Source of the DNA: Dipteris shenzhenensis
Lineage: Eukaryota
DNA: 64,000 nucleotides
Assembly: GCA_047967505.1 (NCBI GenBank)
Contig: CM106538.1
Strand: one strand, 5' to 3'
Shown here: in pieces, positions 1-13,525 of the stretch
Layout of the letters: the number at the start of each line of letters is the position of its first letter
How positions within the stretch are numbered: position 1 is the stretch's first letter
The notes under the pieces: model-generated
What the model was told of the DNA's origin: nothing
The model's input: only the letters and a program-made list of their open reading frames with translations
Database searches by the model: none
Program-made: the position numbers and the translations under genes

Positions 1-429
1 AAGACCAAGGGCCTAGTGCTAAGATTGTGCCTAGGGGCAAGGAATTAAATGCATCCCAAGAGAGGGGTGAAATGTTGCATTAGGAAGGCCCTATATAGAT
101 GACATGTGGCATCTAGATCTATCTAGGGAATTGGGGTTTGCTGAGGCTAGAGAGAGAAGAGAAGATAATGATTCATATGATTTTGTAACGTAGATCTCTG
201 TCTGGCTCGTGAGCCTTAGCGAAAGATGGCTGGGAGGAAATAAATGGTGCTGCTCCCGTGATCTTAGAAGAGAGAAAAAACAGAGAGTGTGTGACACTAC
301 GTCTCATCCCATGCCGCCCTTGGCTCGGGTCACCGAGAAAAAGTTCATGATCGTCCTCTGGTTGGTGATGGGTCCTCCTTGTGCTCTCTTTTGTGCTCGC
401 ATGAAGCCGTATAGGTCTCGAGGAGAAAA

Positions 430-3400
430 CCATTGGCTGATTAAGATGGGCCAAGATCTCCGAGTGGGCAAAAAACGCTATGCGTTGTTGATCAGGATGG
501 ACCAAGAAATTGCTACACGTTGCTGACCAAGATGGGCCAAGAAATCTGTGAGTGGGCCAAAATCGCTCCTAAATAGAAAGTGGTGCTCTCCACGTATCCC
601 ATATTAAATAGGGTATCTAATGCAAATTGCTCCTCTATCTTAATCTCCTGCATATTACATAAAGTGTGATCTCTTGGATATTATATAAATGCGATCTCTT
701 GCATATTACATAAAGTGCATATCTCTCTCACATGGAGTGCCCTTTGCCCATCTTGTCTCATTCTACAGCCGATGATCAGATACTCAAAACTGCCCAATCG
801 AGATCCTTAGTGCATGTGGAAGATGGATCTGAGTATAGCCTAGTGGTAATGTAAAAGCCTCTGAGATTTGCAAGCAATGATCTTTGTAGAAGCTGAGTTT
901 TACCGAAAGCTCATGAGGTGCTAGCCAAGTCTTATACTTGTGGAGTTATAATAGATCTTCTTTGATGATTTGGTTCTACTAATTATAGGTGAGCGGAGTG
1001 GATGGAGTCTCGAGGCTATATGGAAATGGTAGGAGTTTGTCCCAATGGAGTCCTAGTCCTGCAAAACATCTGCATGTTTGAGCATACTAAGTCTTCTGAT
1101 CCCTCTCTGCCTCTAGTGCAGTAGATGAGGTCAAGGCAAGCCACGGTCCTTTGCATCATTCAAATGTCGTGGTGCCAAAGTCCTTGACGCTATGAAGATA
1201 TGTGACCACTTGAAAGGCTACATCAAGCTACAGAGGGGTAGCCCCAAACTCTGCTAGTAGAATATGATGTGGAACCGATGGATTGCTATGGATCATATAA
1301 GCAAAGAAGTAGAACTTGTATTCTCTCTACACAGGATTAGTTTGTCGCGAATAGATATGTTCCCAAAAGGGGACTGCCGTACATCCAACTAGATGAACAA
1401 GCAAGTAAAAAAGAATAGACTTTGTTCTGGGGTCCTAGAAATGGGAATGAAAGCACCGACGCTCGAGTCTGGCAAGTGGAGCATACCCTTTGCTCAAATT
1501 GGCCTTCATGGTTGGTCTCATTGTGAAGACTAGGCTTGAGAAAAGGACCCCCAAGTATGTACAGTATACAACAATCTCCACTGATACCCTATCGAAGGTA
1601 AACTGCTTTCGATGTGTGGCTGAACGAGATGTGTTGAAGATCATGACCTTGGTTTAACAAAGGTTGACCTTCAAATTGTGCGTGTCACAAAAAGTTTGGA
1701 GTGCATCCAAGTGTTGCAAGAGACCCTCGGTTGATGAGGGGAGTAAAACCACATCATTTGCATATAGTAGAATCGGGATCCCAGAACTAGCTAAGGGTGA
1801 AACTGCTCCTCATGAAGGACACAAGCTCATCAAGGTATAGGCCAAGCAAGGTCGGTGATAAGGACAACCTTGTTTGATCCCAATCGTGCTCATGATCTCC
1901 TTAATCCACCCAGTCAATGTCTTAACTCTGCATGATACGTGCTCATATAGTGTTTAGACTCTATCCAGATGATGTCTTGACTGCACCCTAGATGAAGTAG
2001 TCGTCTGAATAGTCAGACCTTTGGTACTATGTCAAAGGCTTTGCGGAAATCCACAAAGCAACAATAAACTCTTTGCTTCTGTGCTCGGGCCTCCTCAATA
2101 ACAACTCTCAGAGTGTCCCATATAGCATGATTGCTTGAAAACCTGCCTGCCCCATAAGTCTAAATCCCTCAGATCCCACAAGCTAACTAACTTCACTGTC
2201 CAGTGCTGATGCGTATATCTTGGACATAACATGTCCGATCATGATGGTCTTGTAGTTTTGCGGGCTCATGTTTTCCCTTGCCTTATGGATTAAGACAATG
2301 GTGCTAAGGGCCCGTGTGAGGAAAACTTGTGCAAACTACCTTGTTGAATAACTTTTGCCAAGATTGAGGCTAAGGTACTAAGCCATTTGCAATGTATTCG
2401 GTGCATAACCCCTTATGATCTTTGGCTCGGCCATTGTGTAGCTTGAGAGTTGCGTGTTGTATATCACTAGTGGTGAAGAGTGAGTAGTGAGGTAGTTGTG
2501 GGAGGTCTAGAGTCGGCTGATTAGGGATGTCACAAAGGGTGCATGCATAAGTGTGCCATATGTTTGGGGATGTGGACTTCCACAAAAAATCATTGGAGTT
2601 AATGCTAAACATAATGTTAAGTAATTCTTCTAGATTTTGGTGGATGAAGTCCCTCTTCTTTCAACGGACTACTCTCATTTGATCTTTATCTCAATTGGAA
2701 GGTGATCCCTAATCTCGAATCCGAGTTGACAGCGCAAGGCCTTGATTAATCATCATACCAGCTATTGCAGGAACTGATCAAATGTGCAATAGGCGGGGTA
2801 GATTTGGTGGTATGTGCAAAGGACTGGAGAGCGGCATCATGGAGGGAGCGGATGATAAGCGTGGCTCTATCCTGTAGTAGGGGGATATCATCGAGATAAG
2901 CAAGCATAGTAGAGAGGCGGGCGGCATAGGCAGGGGCTAGTTTGTGATCAAAGTGAATCTTCTGTTAAGTGGTATATGTGGGGTGGGATGTGCTAAGTGG
3001 TGGGAGTGGGATGGATTAGCTAAACAATAGGTGGGTATGGTCAGCTCTAAGTCAAGGCGGTGGGATGGAGAAGCTTGATGAGTCTCTATGTAGAACACAA
3101 TGTCTCACTTGTGTAGGACTTTGAGAAGCTCCTTTGCTCTAACCATAAGGTTCCATTATAGTTCCAATAGTACAAGTCAAGGTCTCGATCCTATGAGTCT
3201 CATAGACCTCGCCTCCCTAGGTAGGTGTGTCAATGGGTCCTCGTCTAGGATTACAAGAGCCATTGCTCACGTACCATTGCCTATTTCCCCTCCCTACGAG
3301 CAGCGTCCCGTTGTTGTAGGAGGGTTCATTTCTTCTTTACCTGTAGAGGAGTAAGATCTTCATCCATGTGAACCTATGGGTGATCTCGAAGAGCTTCAAA

Positions 3401-3960
3401 CTTTCACAAGGCTGCCAATCAAGCTTGCGTGTGTCTGCAATGTATCACTAGGGAGTGATCTCTGGTGAGGTCCTGTTTGATTCGCCATGCCCCCTCAAGG
3501 CCATGCATCGATACCCCGAGGGTCGAGGTCACAAAGGTGGTAGCATCTGAGACAAGGGAGCTGGTGTGTAGAATCCCGTGGACCCTGATGTTGAGAGTCT
3601 TACTGGCTCTTTGCTGCTGCTCAAGTAGGGTGGCTGAAACGATTGCCTTTGCAGGCATGCGTTTCACAACATCCACCCACTTGGAGGCCTCTTCAATAGT
3701 TGATTGCATTGTGGCAATTGCAGAGATTCTTCTTGGGGCCAGCTCTCGACGTCGGAGGTCCTCTACCTCCTTTTCGACATTAGAGGCCTCTGCTTGGACC
3801 ATGAGGAAATTTGGTCTGAGGGTCTCTCTCTTTCTCTGCTGCTTCACCTCTTGGGCCGGCATGTAGTGCATCTTTGTGAGGAGCTGCTACAGGAGATCCA
3901 GGGGAGGGCATGGGCTATTTCGGTGCGCATGTATGTGGCATGGAGGTGGAGCATAGTGAC
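430..3960 (-). mobile_element. Degenerate near-full-length LINE (RTE-X-like): ORF1 + APE endonuclease + reverse transcriptase + C-terminal domain
   Basis: Minus-strand translation gives ORF1-like 'QQQRASKTLNIRVHGI' (3419-3871) and APE-like 'DIVFYIETH' (~3080-3110). RT motifs: 'NYKTIMIGHVMSKIYA' (~2210-2260), 'VYCCFVDFRKAFDIVP' (~2022-2072), 'GIKQGC..SPT' (~1850-1885), 'LLYANDVVLL' (~1741-1770) and 'YCTYLGVLF' (~1540-1570). The tail reads 'IGQF*VSDHRL*NETRW' (~745-800). Many stops and frameshifts. Confidence 0.85.
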
Positions 3961-4109
3961 CAAAAAATGTGTTTCATTATGCTAGAAACTTTCTAGGAAA
4001 CTGGCACTTCCAAACAAAACGCTATTAAAAAGGATTTTAAAAAATGTTGTTTTTTTTTTTAAATTTTGTAAAAATTTGTGATGTTTTTTTTTGGGAGGGT
4101 TCATTTTTT

Positions 4110-4420
4110 GTTTTTTGTATGTGTACATTTGTGCATTGTGTACTATAGTCTATGTATGTACACTATTTTTTGTAATGTGTATGCTTTTGGTTTTTTTATC
4201 ATGTGTATGTGTGTGTATTGTGTACTATAGTCTATGTGTATGTGCACATGTGTGCACTGTGTATTGTGTACTGTGCACTATGTACTATAGTCTATGTACT
4301 TGCAATATTTTTTGTACATGTATGTATTTTTGGTTTTTGATCACGTGTATGGTGTGCATTGTGCACTATAGTTTGTGTGTGTGTGCATGTGACTGTGCGT
4401 GACAATGTGTGAAGAGAGAG
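4110..4420. repeat. TG-rich degenerate tandem repeat (core tgtgtactatagtctatgt)
   Basis: The motif 'tgt(g/a)(t/c)actatagt(c/t)t(a/g)tgt' recurs about 4-5 times in TG-rich sequence. Confidence 0.7.
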
Positions 4421-5355
4421 AGAGAAAGAAAGAAAGTTTACTAAGGTGTTCAAAAGACCCAAGGGTCTATGAGACTGAAAAAACCAATACAATGAGCTGA
4501 ATGGGTGGAGCCACTAAGCAGACATGTGCATCCAAGACATACAAACTCAAACACGGATATCAAATATCTGAATCCATAGGGAGGATGAGAAATCTGTAGT
4601 GGGCATCACTCTAGAGTCTTATTGTGGGATTGATCTGAGGACTTAAGCTCCTGGACAAGGCCTCACCAAATTGTGTCAAAATCGTGAAGCAGATCTTCAC
4701 GATGACGCCAGCTATGCAGGTTGATTGAGCAGGGGCTATGCCGTACTTGCCGCACCAGTGCTTCCACTCTCATTTCCATGGTCCCCAGACCAAGTCTCTT
4801 CTCTTCAACTCTTTGATCTGTCCAGCTGGTACGTATGGCAGTCCCTGACCTATCAGAGATGGATTGGGCTTGAGTAGAGAGCTCCAGGTTTTATTGCTTG
4901 CACGGATGATCGAGTAAACCTTCAGTCCTTATTCCTTCTCTCACATGCCGCCACAGGCCATGGTAATGCCACTGTAAGTGTGATCCACACATTTGAAACA
5001 ATGCTTACTAGCACTTGAGCTTCCTGCTCTGAAAGGGTGAAGTATTTTAGCTCATTTCATTTTGGATCTGTGGAAAGCAATCTGGAAAGCCTAGTGAGCA
5101 GATAGTATGGGTTCAATTTTCTGTAAGAGGAGTATTTGCCTTAGCTAATCACTGCATCCAGGTTTCCTCCAGGATGACTACCTTTTTTGGTTGGCTGATA
5201 GGTCTCGAAGTGTGAAGTGAGAAAGTGCTGCTCTTGTAGGGTAGTGAATGAAGCTAGTGCCTTTGTTTCATGGTTATTAATATAAAGCATGACCTTGTAA
5301 CTCCATGAGCAGCAAGCTATATAATGTATTTTAAATGCTCATGGTACAAATGCAG

Positions 5356-7261
5356 TGCATGAAAAGCAGATACCCAAGTCCATGCTAGCTGCCAAGTCCT
5401 TCCAAGTAACTCAAGATCTTGCTGTAATCAGGTACTGAAACTGTGTACAAATAGGCTATTCTGCCATGCTTTTTCTTATGCATTGTTGAAGGATTTGGTA
5501 CTATAAGATCGGACTACTTTTTGATTTTATGCAAGTTTCACACTTCAGATAAACCATCATGGATACTTCATAAAATTATTGTTTGGTTCTTTAATCAAAC
5601 CCATGCTCCCTTTTGCACTTCTAATCCTTCAATTATGCAGGAAGTGGCTTGGAGTTTTAGCTGAGGAGTTGTCAATAAGAATGCTGCGTGATGCTCGAGA
5701 AAACCACCGCCAACCTCACAGTCTGCAACTATATTACCGGTCTGGATTATCCAGGCAGAGTGGGGATCATTCAAAGTCATGTCCAATGCCACGTGCAGTA
5801 CTACAGCTGCTTTCTTCTCTGTGTTTAAGTACCCCAAGATCTGCAAGTGAGCACAAAGTGAGTAAATCAGCACGCGTAGTCCTTGAGAATGATACTGTTG
5901 TCGAAAAAGTAACGGAGGAGTATGAAGCTTGCCATTTAAAGCACAAGAACAAATTTTGTGAAGGGAAGAGCAAAATAGGGAGCCAAACAGAGATGGCTGG
6001 AGTATGTAGTTCAATGGAGACAGAAAAGGACCTGGCCGATTTGCTGCAACAAGCATCCTTCCAATTATTTCAGCGTATCGAAGATACATTTCCTTGCACG
6101 CGCTTGGCCATTGCTGCAAGTGGCTTTCAAGATGCACCTATGCAGGTACTTCAGCTGCCCCTAACTTGCTGATCAATAACAATGCAAGGTTCGAATATCA
6201 TCATGATGGCCAATCTTGTATGATTTCTAACGAGAAGACTCAACATACAATAACTATAAGGAGAATATTTAGCTCTGTTCCATGTGTCTCCAGTTGTTAA
6301 TGTAAAAGCTTTGGACCACATTTGTGTAAAGATTTTTGAGAACAGGATAATAAAGATGTCCTGTCTTAAATTTTGGCAGGGTTCTCAGTCCATTCAGCAT
6401 TTCTTTGTGAATGCCTTCCAGGGAACAAGGGTGGCACCTCCTAAGCCTTCAGCTGTGGTACAAGAGCTTGTTGGTACAGATCGAGCACGACCTAAGCTCA
6501 GTGATCTTCTGAGGTATATGAATAACAATTGTGCTGGCTCCAAGCATATGGAAACCTTACCTAGTAGCAGTAGAAAAGAATGTTTCTCATCAAACAAGGA
6601 TATTGGAGGCTTGCATGCTGAAAATTCATGCAATCACTTGGAAGACCATGAGTGCAGGGAGTTAGTCCTAAAACAAGAAAGCCCACTTAAGCATGCAAGT
6701 GCATTATCAGCTGGGCAGAAATCCACTTCTGGAATTGAAGAGTTTAAGTTGTGCTGCAGAGAATCACCTTGTCAACTGGAGCAGCGACCTACAGCCCACT
6801 TAAGTGGGGATAATTCTGAAAACGACCCTGTAGTCCCTTGTCCTGATGAGGAGACGAGGGTCCATGTGTACAAATCTGGACAACTGCAAAGGATAGGTGA
6901 TAAAAGCATAAGTGGAGGGCACGATTCTCAAAGTATCCCCACGTTCTTTAGTCCTGGTGATATTGCAGAAGTCTTTGCATGCAGTTCTGGACAACTGCAG
7001 AGTTCAGGTGACAATAATTCTAGTTCAGCAGATACTGAAGAGCTAGTCGACTTCAGAAATATAAATATGGAGGAGCAACACCGCATTTTAGAAGATATAT
7101 ATGTAGCAAGGGGCAAAGGAAGCACAATCAGTATACAGAAGAATTGCATGGTTCGTGAAGAGAGGCAGGTTGCAAAGCGCAGAAAATTAACAAGCTCCAA
7201 ACCTGGACAAACGTCACTGTCTAAATATTTTCAGTCCATCGATGGTTCTCCACATAAATAA
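5356..7261 (+). CDS. POLH: Y-family DNA polymerase eta-like protein, last three coding exons (5356-5431, 5641-6145, 6380-7261); earlier exons not found in the window
   Basis: GT-AG exons join in frame to give 'VHEKQIPKSMLAAKSFQVTQDLAVIR|KWLGVLAEELSIRMLRDARENHRQPHSLQLYYR...FPCTRLAIAASGFQDAPMQ|GSQSIQHFF...KRRK...QTSLSKYF...*'. This is a little-finger/PAD domain followed by a disordered tail with an FF motif, a basic NLS and a C-terminal PIP box, typical of Pol eta. Confidence 0.8.
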
Positions 7262-7424
7262 CTTCCAATATTTGAAAGCTTTCCTGTTCTTGGGCATATC
7301 TGTGTACAGTTTGATTTCTCAGTATTTTTTGTATGTATATGTATGTACTTAAATGGCATGAAATGTTATGCCTGTGCGTTAAAATTTGTATAGTCACAAG
7401 TTAACCATTGAAGATTTCACCAAT

Positions 7425-8360
7425 GCAGGGCCACGTGTTACCCTATGGAGATGCTAATCACAATGAAAGCCAAGGGTCTCTCTCCAAGTGAGTGTTCCAG
7501 TTCACCTTGGCTCAAGAAGCCACATAATTGTTATCGAGAAAGAGTCTCACCCTTGCCTGGTGGTATTGAGCCTTTCCACAATGTCAGCTGCAAACTCTGA
7601 ATCAAAAATTCCTTCTCCTAGCGGATTGGGAAGTGCTACCCAATGAATTCTACCTCCTAGGAATGGAGAAAATAACCCAAGGCCTCAGTGACAAAGAAGA
7701 AAAAGAAAGGGGCTAGTGGGTAGTCTTATTTACAGTGTGTATCAAAGGCCCTCCTTGTGTGACTGCAATGAATAGCTGCATGCATATAACATTGAGATCC
7801 CATTGGTCCAATGTGTTGAGAAGCCCCTTCACTGCATGTTATGTTCCTAGAAGGCCCAATCCACCCTGTCGTATGCCTTCTCCAAATCCAAGAGTCCAAG
7901 GTGCTGAGACTCGTAGCGGGTCCATTGAGTGGCCTTCCAAAAAAGTGAAGATGTTGCTCCACTTCAAAACAAAGCCGGTGTTGGCCTTATCCCTCTCCTC
8001 CCTTCCAACCATTACTAGGGCATGGGCTCCTTGAATGGGAACAACTGACTATAGGAGAAGTCATTTCCAAGGTCTCGAGGATTCAAATGCCTATGACTTG
8101 CCTATCGGGGGATCTAGGACATTGGTATGGAAGAACTGTCTTGTCATCATATGGACTGTGAAGAATGGTATTAATACTCTACATGCTTGGCCTCCACAGC
8201 TTTCAGCTCTAGCCTTGTCCACTCATACAGGTCAGCCAACCAGGAGCAAGGTGCCCTACTCATATAATAGCAGGATTTGTTTATAAAAGATGCACTAGTA
8301 GCTGCGGAGATGAATATTAGGCTTCAAAATAGGATCTCTAATCGAAAGTCTCGAAGCAGA
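7425..8360 (-). mobile_element. L1-type LINE reverse-transcriptase fragment (degenerate)
   Basis: Minus strand reads 'LLDLEKAYDRVDWAF*EHNMQ*RGFS' (~7820-7895) and 'PLAPFFFFFVTEALGYFL' (~7665-7720). Confidence 0.8.
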
Positions 8361-8371
8361 ATGTTGGTTTT

Positions 8372-9279
8372 TGATAGGATAACTTTTAGAGTAGAATGGG
8401 AATGACATGGGTGTGGATGACATGACTTAGGATGGGATTAACGGGAGATGGAGAGGAGCTGCCATGTGAGCCGCAATCTGGCTGCCACATGAGCAGCATG
8501 TTCATATCATTCTTGGATTACATTTAGGGGAGCCATGTAGGCCACCCTGGTCAACATTTAGGGCTGACTGTCTGCCTAGTTTTAGGGCTGACACAAGGGC
8601 CGGATACAGCTCAGCCATGTGCTCATGGAAGGGGCCAATGTGCTGGAGCAGGGCAGCATTGGGGCCATTTATAGGCCCAGCACCCTGGTCGGCAGCAGCA
8701 GCTGCACGACGGGAAGCAGGCCACAGACCTGCCATGTGGCAGTCGGCAGTGGGCCAGGTCCAGTTGGCAATAGCTGGGCCAGTCGGCCCTTTGCAGGTCG
8801 GCTGATCTGGGTTGCCCTGCAGACTGCAGGTTGGCCAGATCTGATCCCCTATATAAGGAGGGCTCTTGCCCTCTCCAAGTTCTTCAGTCTGCAGGGACTT
8901 CAGCCTTTCCCAGATACACATTTGAGGCACATCAACACGCAAGTAGAAGACCCAAAGGGGTTGTTTAAGAGGGTGAGCAATAGGACTCACTTTTGTAGCT
9001 ACTGAAAAGCTTACAGGAAGATGCCTGGCAGAGAGGAGTCTATCTCAGTAGGACAGCATAAGGAGCCGATTTTGTTACATTACCTCAGCGACAGTGTGCT
9101 GTAAGGTGTGGTTGGTACATGTATTGTTAGATTTCGTAATTGGTTCTCCATATCAATACATATTCTTTTCGCTGTACATCTGAGTATGTGCTCTCTGGAT
9201 TTAAAGGGCCTTTTCTTACATGGAAGTACACGGAGTGAATTGGTTCATGGAGTGATATTGTATGATCTCAATCCTTCCA
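8372..9279 (+). mobile_element. Possible solo LTR
   Basis: About 900 bp GC-richer block bounded by imperfect inverted TG..CA ends (tgataggat / atccttcca), with an internal TATA box 'cctatataagg' at ~8848-8858. No convincing TSD. Confidence 0.4.
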
Positions 9280-9299
9280 TTTCAGCTGTATGAGACTCA

Positions 9300-10430
9300 G
9301 CTACAGCAAGCAACTCTCTTCCTTGACTTAGGCATGCGAACTTCATTCAAATGATGATTGGCTTGCCTAAGGAATTTGACGGTTCCTTCATTGCTACGAT
9401 GGTATTTCTTAAGAACATACTTTTGATATCACTCAGCAAAACATGCCCCCATATTTTATTTGCTTTGGATAAGTCTTTCAAGCTATTCTGACATAGCGTT
9501 TTTCATTCTTTCCCTTTGTAGAGAGCTGCATTTACACCAAACTCCACTATTTATGGAGATAGGATGAAGAAAGGGCATCATAACTGTCACAACTTGCATG
9601 GTTTTGAGCTTATGTTGAACTCCACACAAGACTTGTTGATCAAGCATCAAACTGTCATATTCATGCCAATTAACAAAGCTCAAATAAGTTTTGAAACCTT
9701 CTTGCATGATTAATAGGATAATTCCTCTCATATAGGTATGGTTGTAGTGTTCGGAGGCTTTCTTGCATGTGCATATTGAACATAGTGAGTGTGGCTCATT
9801 TGATCTTTTTGTGCGTTGACCACAAATTCCCATGCACTGACAATAAGTTCACACACCAGTATTTGCTTCGGGAGAAGTTCGACTACTACATGGTCTAAAC
9901 GATTGAATCATGAAGTTTGAATGATATCAAATTTAGAGGTGGAACCTATTGGAGCAGGCAGGGGAAGAAGCTCTTGTATTGTAGTTCGAGGATGAATTTG
10001 ACTTGCCATTGTACGGTGGGTTAAAATGTCACTATTGAGATACTTTTGTAGCACAATAGTTTGGAAGGGCTAAGTGGTGTAGCCAAATGTTGTAATACTC
10101 TTCCATTTGGCTTGGAGCTTATACCTTTGCTATAAAATATGAGTTAAAGTTTGTTTGCGCTTCATTTAACTTTGATTGAGAGATGGGCACTTTGTGTCCA
10201 CATAGGCCTCAAGAATTTGTACTTGGGCTTGCGGGTTATGTTGTCTTTGTTGATTCGGTCCAAATGTTCAAAGGTCACCTTGGCCTTTGATTCCTTCTTG
10301 TGTATAGTTGCTTTGCCTTTTCTAGCTTCTCTTTGAGCGAATCGATGGTGCGCTTTCTCTTCTCTTTGGGTCACTTGTGCAACGACTTTCTAAGCTTTCG
10401 CCTAATACGCTTTCTTTTCCTCCATGGTTG
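9300..10430 (-). pseudogene. Unidentified decayed coding remnant, probably TE-derived
   Basis: Stop-interrupted minus-strand reading frames (ORFs 9483-9833 and 10162-10374) with protein-like composition. No family recognised. Confidence 0.25.
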
Positions 10431-10599
10431 CACACATTGCCTTGAGTTTTTTGAGGTTGTCCTTACTCCATCACACTAGGAGGTTGGAAATTCTCTTACA
10501 CATGATCATGTTGATTGCTTGCCGAACTCTACATTGCTAGCCAAACTCCCTCACACTAGGAGTTTGGAAATTGATCGCTTGCCAAACAAGTGGGAGGAA

Positions 10600-10920
10600 C
10601 AAGAAGGGAGGGTTGAGTGGAGGGAGAGGGAGGACTGAGCGCAGGGGAGAGGGAGGGGAGGGGGATGGAGGGAGGGAGGACTGAGCGCAAGGGAGAGGGA
10701 GGGGAGGGGGAGGGAGGGAGGAGAGGGAGGGGAGGAGAGCAGAGGGTGGCAAGGGAGAGGGAGGGAGGAGAGTGCTGAGCGGATGGAGGGGCGCAAGAGG
10801 GGAGGCGAGGCAGATCAGAGACGGAGGGTGATTAGAGACGGAGGGGGAGGTTAATTGAGAATTGCATATTAGGCATAGGTTAATTGAGAATTGCATATTA
10901 GGCATAGGTTAATTGAGAGT
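10600..10920. repeat. Purine-rich (GGA/GAGG) low-complexity tract plus 28-bp tandem repeat (ggttaattgagaattgcatattaggcata, ~2.4 copies)
   Basis: Seen directly; the 28-bp unit lies at ~10849-10918. Confidence 0.8.
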
Positions 10921-11099
10921 GAGGGGGGCGATAACTAATTAACTAAATCGAATAGGTGAGTATGCTAGGTCACTACCTATTCAGCTCAAATGTCTTCTTC
11001 AACATGATATTCTCTCCTTTTATGGCATCGTGGGCCTTTAATAGCACCAAATTTTGAAGAAACGTGGCCAGATTCGATGCCTCTTACATCCGTGATCAT

Positions 11100-13330
11100 G
11101 TCCATTCATATTATTAATTTTGATTTAACGGGGTAAACTGCCAATTGCCAACTTTGCCCATTCAGTTGATTATTGTGGCTCCCTCTATCGCAACGAATTG
11201 AACTTTAGACTCAGATTCTTTGATGTCCAATCCATCGACTAGTTTTGGCAATTCGCCCCATTCTAGTCTTCGAGGATGACTATCCCATTATGGAGATAGT
11301 GCTTGATTTGTATGGCTCAACGCATAGTCGAAGAAGCTTTGTTTCCTCACCCCCAATGGGGTACTATATAGCAAAATGAGCATGCCTTCTTTGATCCCCC
11401 CCCCCCCCTTGATGTGGCAATCATGCCATGCCTTCCTTCTCCTTTGAATTATGGCACAGTTCATCGATCTTTGACAATTTGTCTAGCCTTTTGTACAAGG
11501 CTTCCTCTTGGCCAATCGCGTATTGGACTACTATCCTTAAGTGGGGTATAGGAAATCTTGGTTGTTTCTATGTTTGTTCAGGATCTTGTGAAGAATTATT
11601 TTTAGCACTTTACTCGTGGCCTTTGCTTGACCATTCGCCCTTGGATAGTAGGTCATTGACTCCTTGTGTGAATGAGGAATTCTGAAATGCATGTGATGCA
11701 TATGGTCTATTAGTAATGCACCCCCTTAGTTGAGAGGCTTTATTTGTTTGACATGATATTGATCGGGTGTCCAAATATTTTCATACAAAGAACACCTTAC
11801 TGTGCTTTAGATTGTGTTATCTTGCAATGGTTTCACTTTGGGCCATTTGGTGATGTAATCTATTGCCACCACTATTGCCTCCGCGACCTTGAATAGATAG
11901 ATAATATTAAAATCTAAACCCCATTTTGGGAAAGGTTCCCATGGATAAGTGAGGTTGTGGCATTTGATATTTGAAATTTGGTCTACCCACTTGTTGGCAT
12001 ACATCACACCTTTTGCAATGCCTTGCAACATGTGCATACATATTTCGCCACTATAATCCAGCATTCAATATTTTCTTGATTGTGATGTTGGTCGAGCCAC
12101 TCCCTAATGTGCCTTGGCCATCACTATCTCCCTTTCATGTGAAAAGACACATTATTGGAGGGTCATATCCCCCCATTTCTTGTATAGATGGCTAGTGAGA
12201 TAGTTGTGTATTTGTAAGATTTGAATGCAATCCTTTGCCATTCACCCGTTCATACATCTTCACAAACTGTGGATATTGAAAGGCATCATAGGATCTCTTC
12301 GTGATTATCCTCGTACAACGATATCTTGCATTGGGCAGCTGATCATCCATCTCTTCCTTAGATCTTTAGCCTTCTATGGGATGAACCAAGTTTATGAATG
12401 ACCTTGAAGTTGAATTCTTGAAGAAGAACCATCCATCTGATCAATCTCGATTTCATGAACGTCTTGTTGATCAAGTAGAGCAAGGCTTGGTGATCCACAA
12501 AGAACACAAATGGTTTGCTTAATAAAGAGTGCAGAGACTTTGAACAATGTACACCATTCCTAGGACCTCCCTTTTTGTGGTCAAGTAATTCCTTTCCAGT
12601 GTTGATAGCATTTGACTCACATAGAAAATGAAGAAATCCATATTCCCTTCTTGATGCATCCAAATGCACATAAAATTTATTTCAGCCTGGCTTCTACAAT
12701 ATTAGTGCTTTCACCACCATCCCTTGCAAGGTTTGAAATGATCCACTTATTCTTTGTTCCATTAAAGCTTCATTACTTGCCTAGTCAATCGATACAAGGG
12801 TTCAATTACTCCAACAAATTTCTTTATGGATCTTTGATAGAAGCTAAGGAATCCCACAAATTGATGAAGTTGATTTTCATTTTCTTGGATGGTGTCAATG
12901 TTTGACTTTTGTGTCATTTTCCCTTCACTTGAAATTGTGTGCCCTAATAGAACATTGAAAAGACCCAAAATACACATTTGTATGGGTTGAGGGAGATTTG
13001 GTCTTTGCATTTTGAAACATATTTTTTAGGCCATTGGCTTTTTATTGTACGCTAAGAGATAATCGAAAGAAATGGATAAGAATTCATAAATATACTCTTG
13101 AAAGGAATCGGATAAGGATGCGTCAATGTACACTTGAAAGGTTTCCATCATAAACCTTTGAAACGAAGCTGGTGAATTCGTCAATCCAAATGGCACGAAC
13201 TTCCTGGAATATGCCCCCCATTTTGTGAAGAAGGTGGTCCCTATCTTCTTTTGCTAGAGTGATCTAGTTTATCCACCACAGTATCCATCCCATGAATGAG
13301 TACACATCTCAGGCCTTGCCCCTTTGTCTA
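11100..13330 (-). mobile_element. Ty3/gypsy LTR-retrotransposon pol fragment (RT-RNase H-integrase), degenerate
   Basis: Minus strand, in gypsy order: RT 'FVPFGLTNSPASFQR' (~13157-13200) and 'FVGFLSFYQR'; RNase H 'FVFFVDHQALLYLINK...RLIRWMVLLQEFNF' (12358-12669); integrase 'WEPFPKWGLDF...IVVAIDYITKW' (11807-12064). Confidence 0.9.
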
Positions 13331-13454
13331 GGATGTTGTTTGTGAATGGTAATGAGAATGGATTGTCCATTCAGCTTTTATAATCCACACACTCTTGCGA
13401 ATTCCCATTCTTTTTAGGCATGATGAAGATCGGAAACAACCATTTCCTCCGATC

Positions 13455-13455
<1 letters not shown>

Positions 13456-13524
<69 letters not shown>
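13456..13524. repeat. Compound (CT)n(CA)n microsatellite
   Basis: Seen directly. Confidence 0.95.

Positions 13525-13525
<1 letters not shown>

Noticed and set aside
4091-4402. Cysteine-rich membrane protein ORF
   Set aside because: Translation of a TG-rich tandem repeat.
6284-6379. Independent 325-aa gene starting at 6284
   Set aside because: The first 32 codons lie in the intron before the AG acceptor at 6379; the ORF is the last exon of the polymerase gene.
8502-9005. GC-rich overlapping ORFs as a protein gene
   Set aside because: No recognisable domain; they lie in an LTR-like block with a TATA box.
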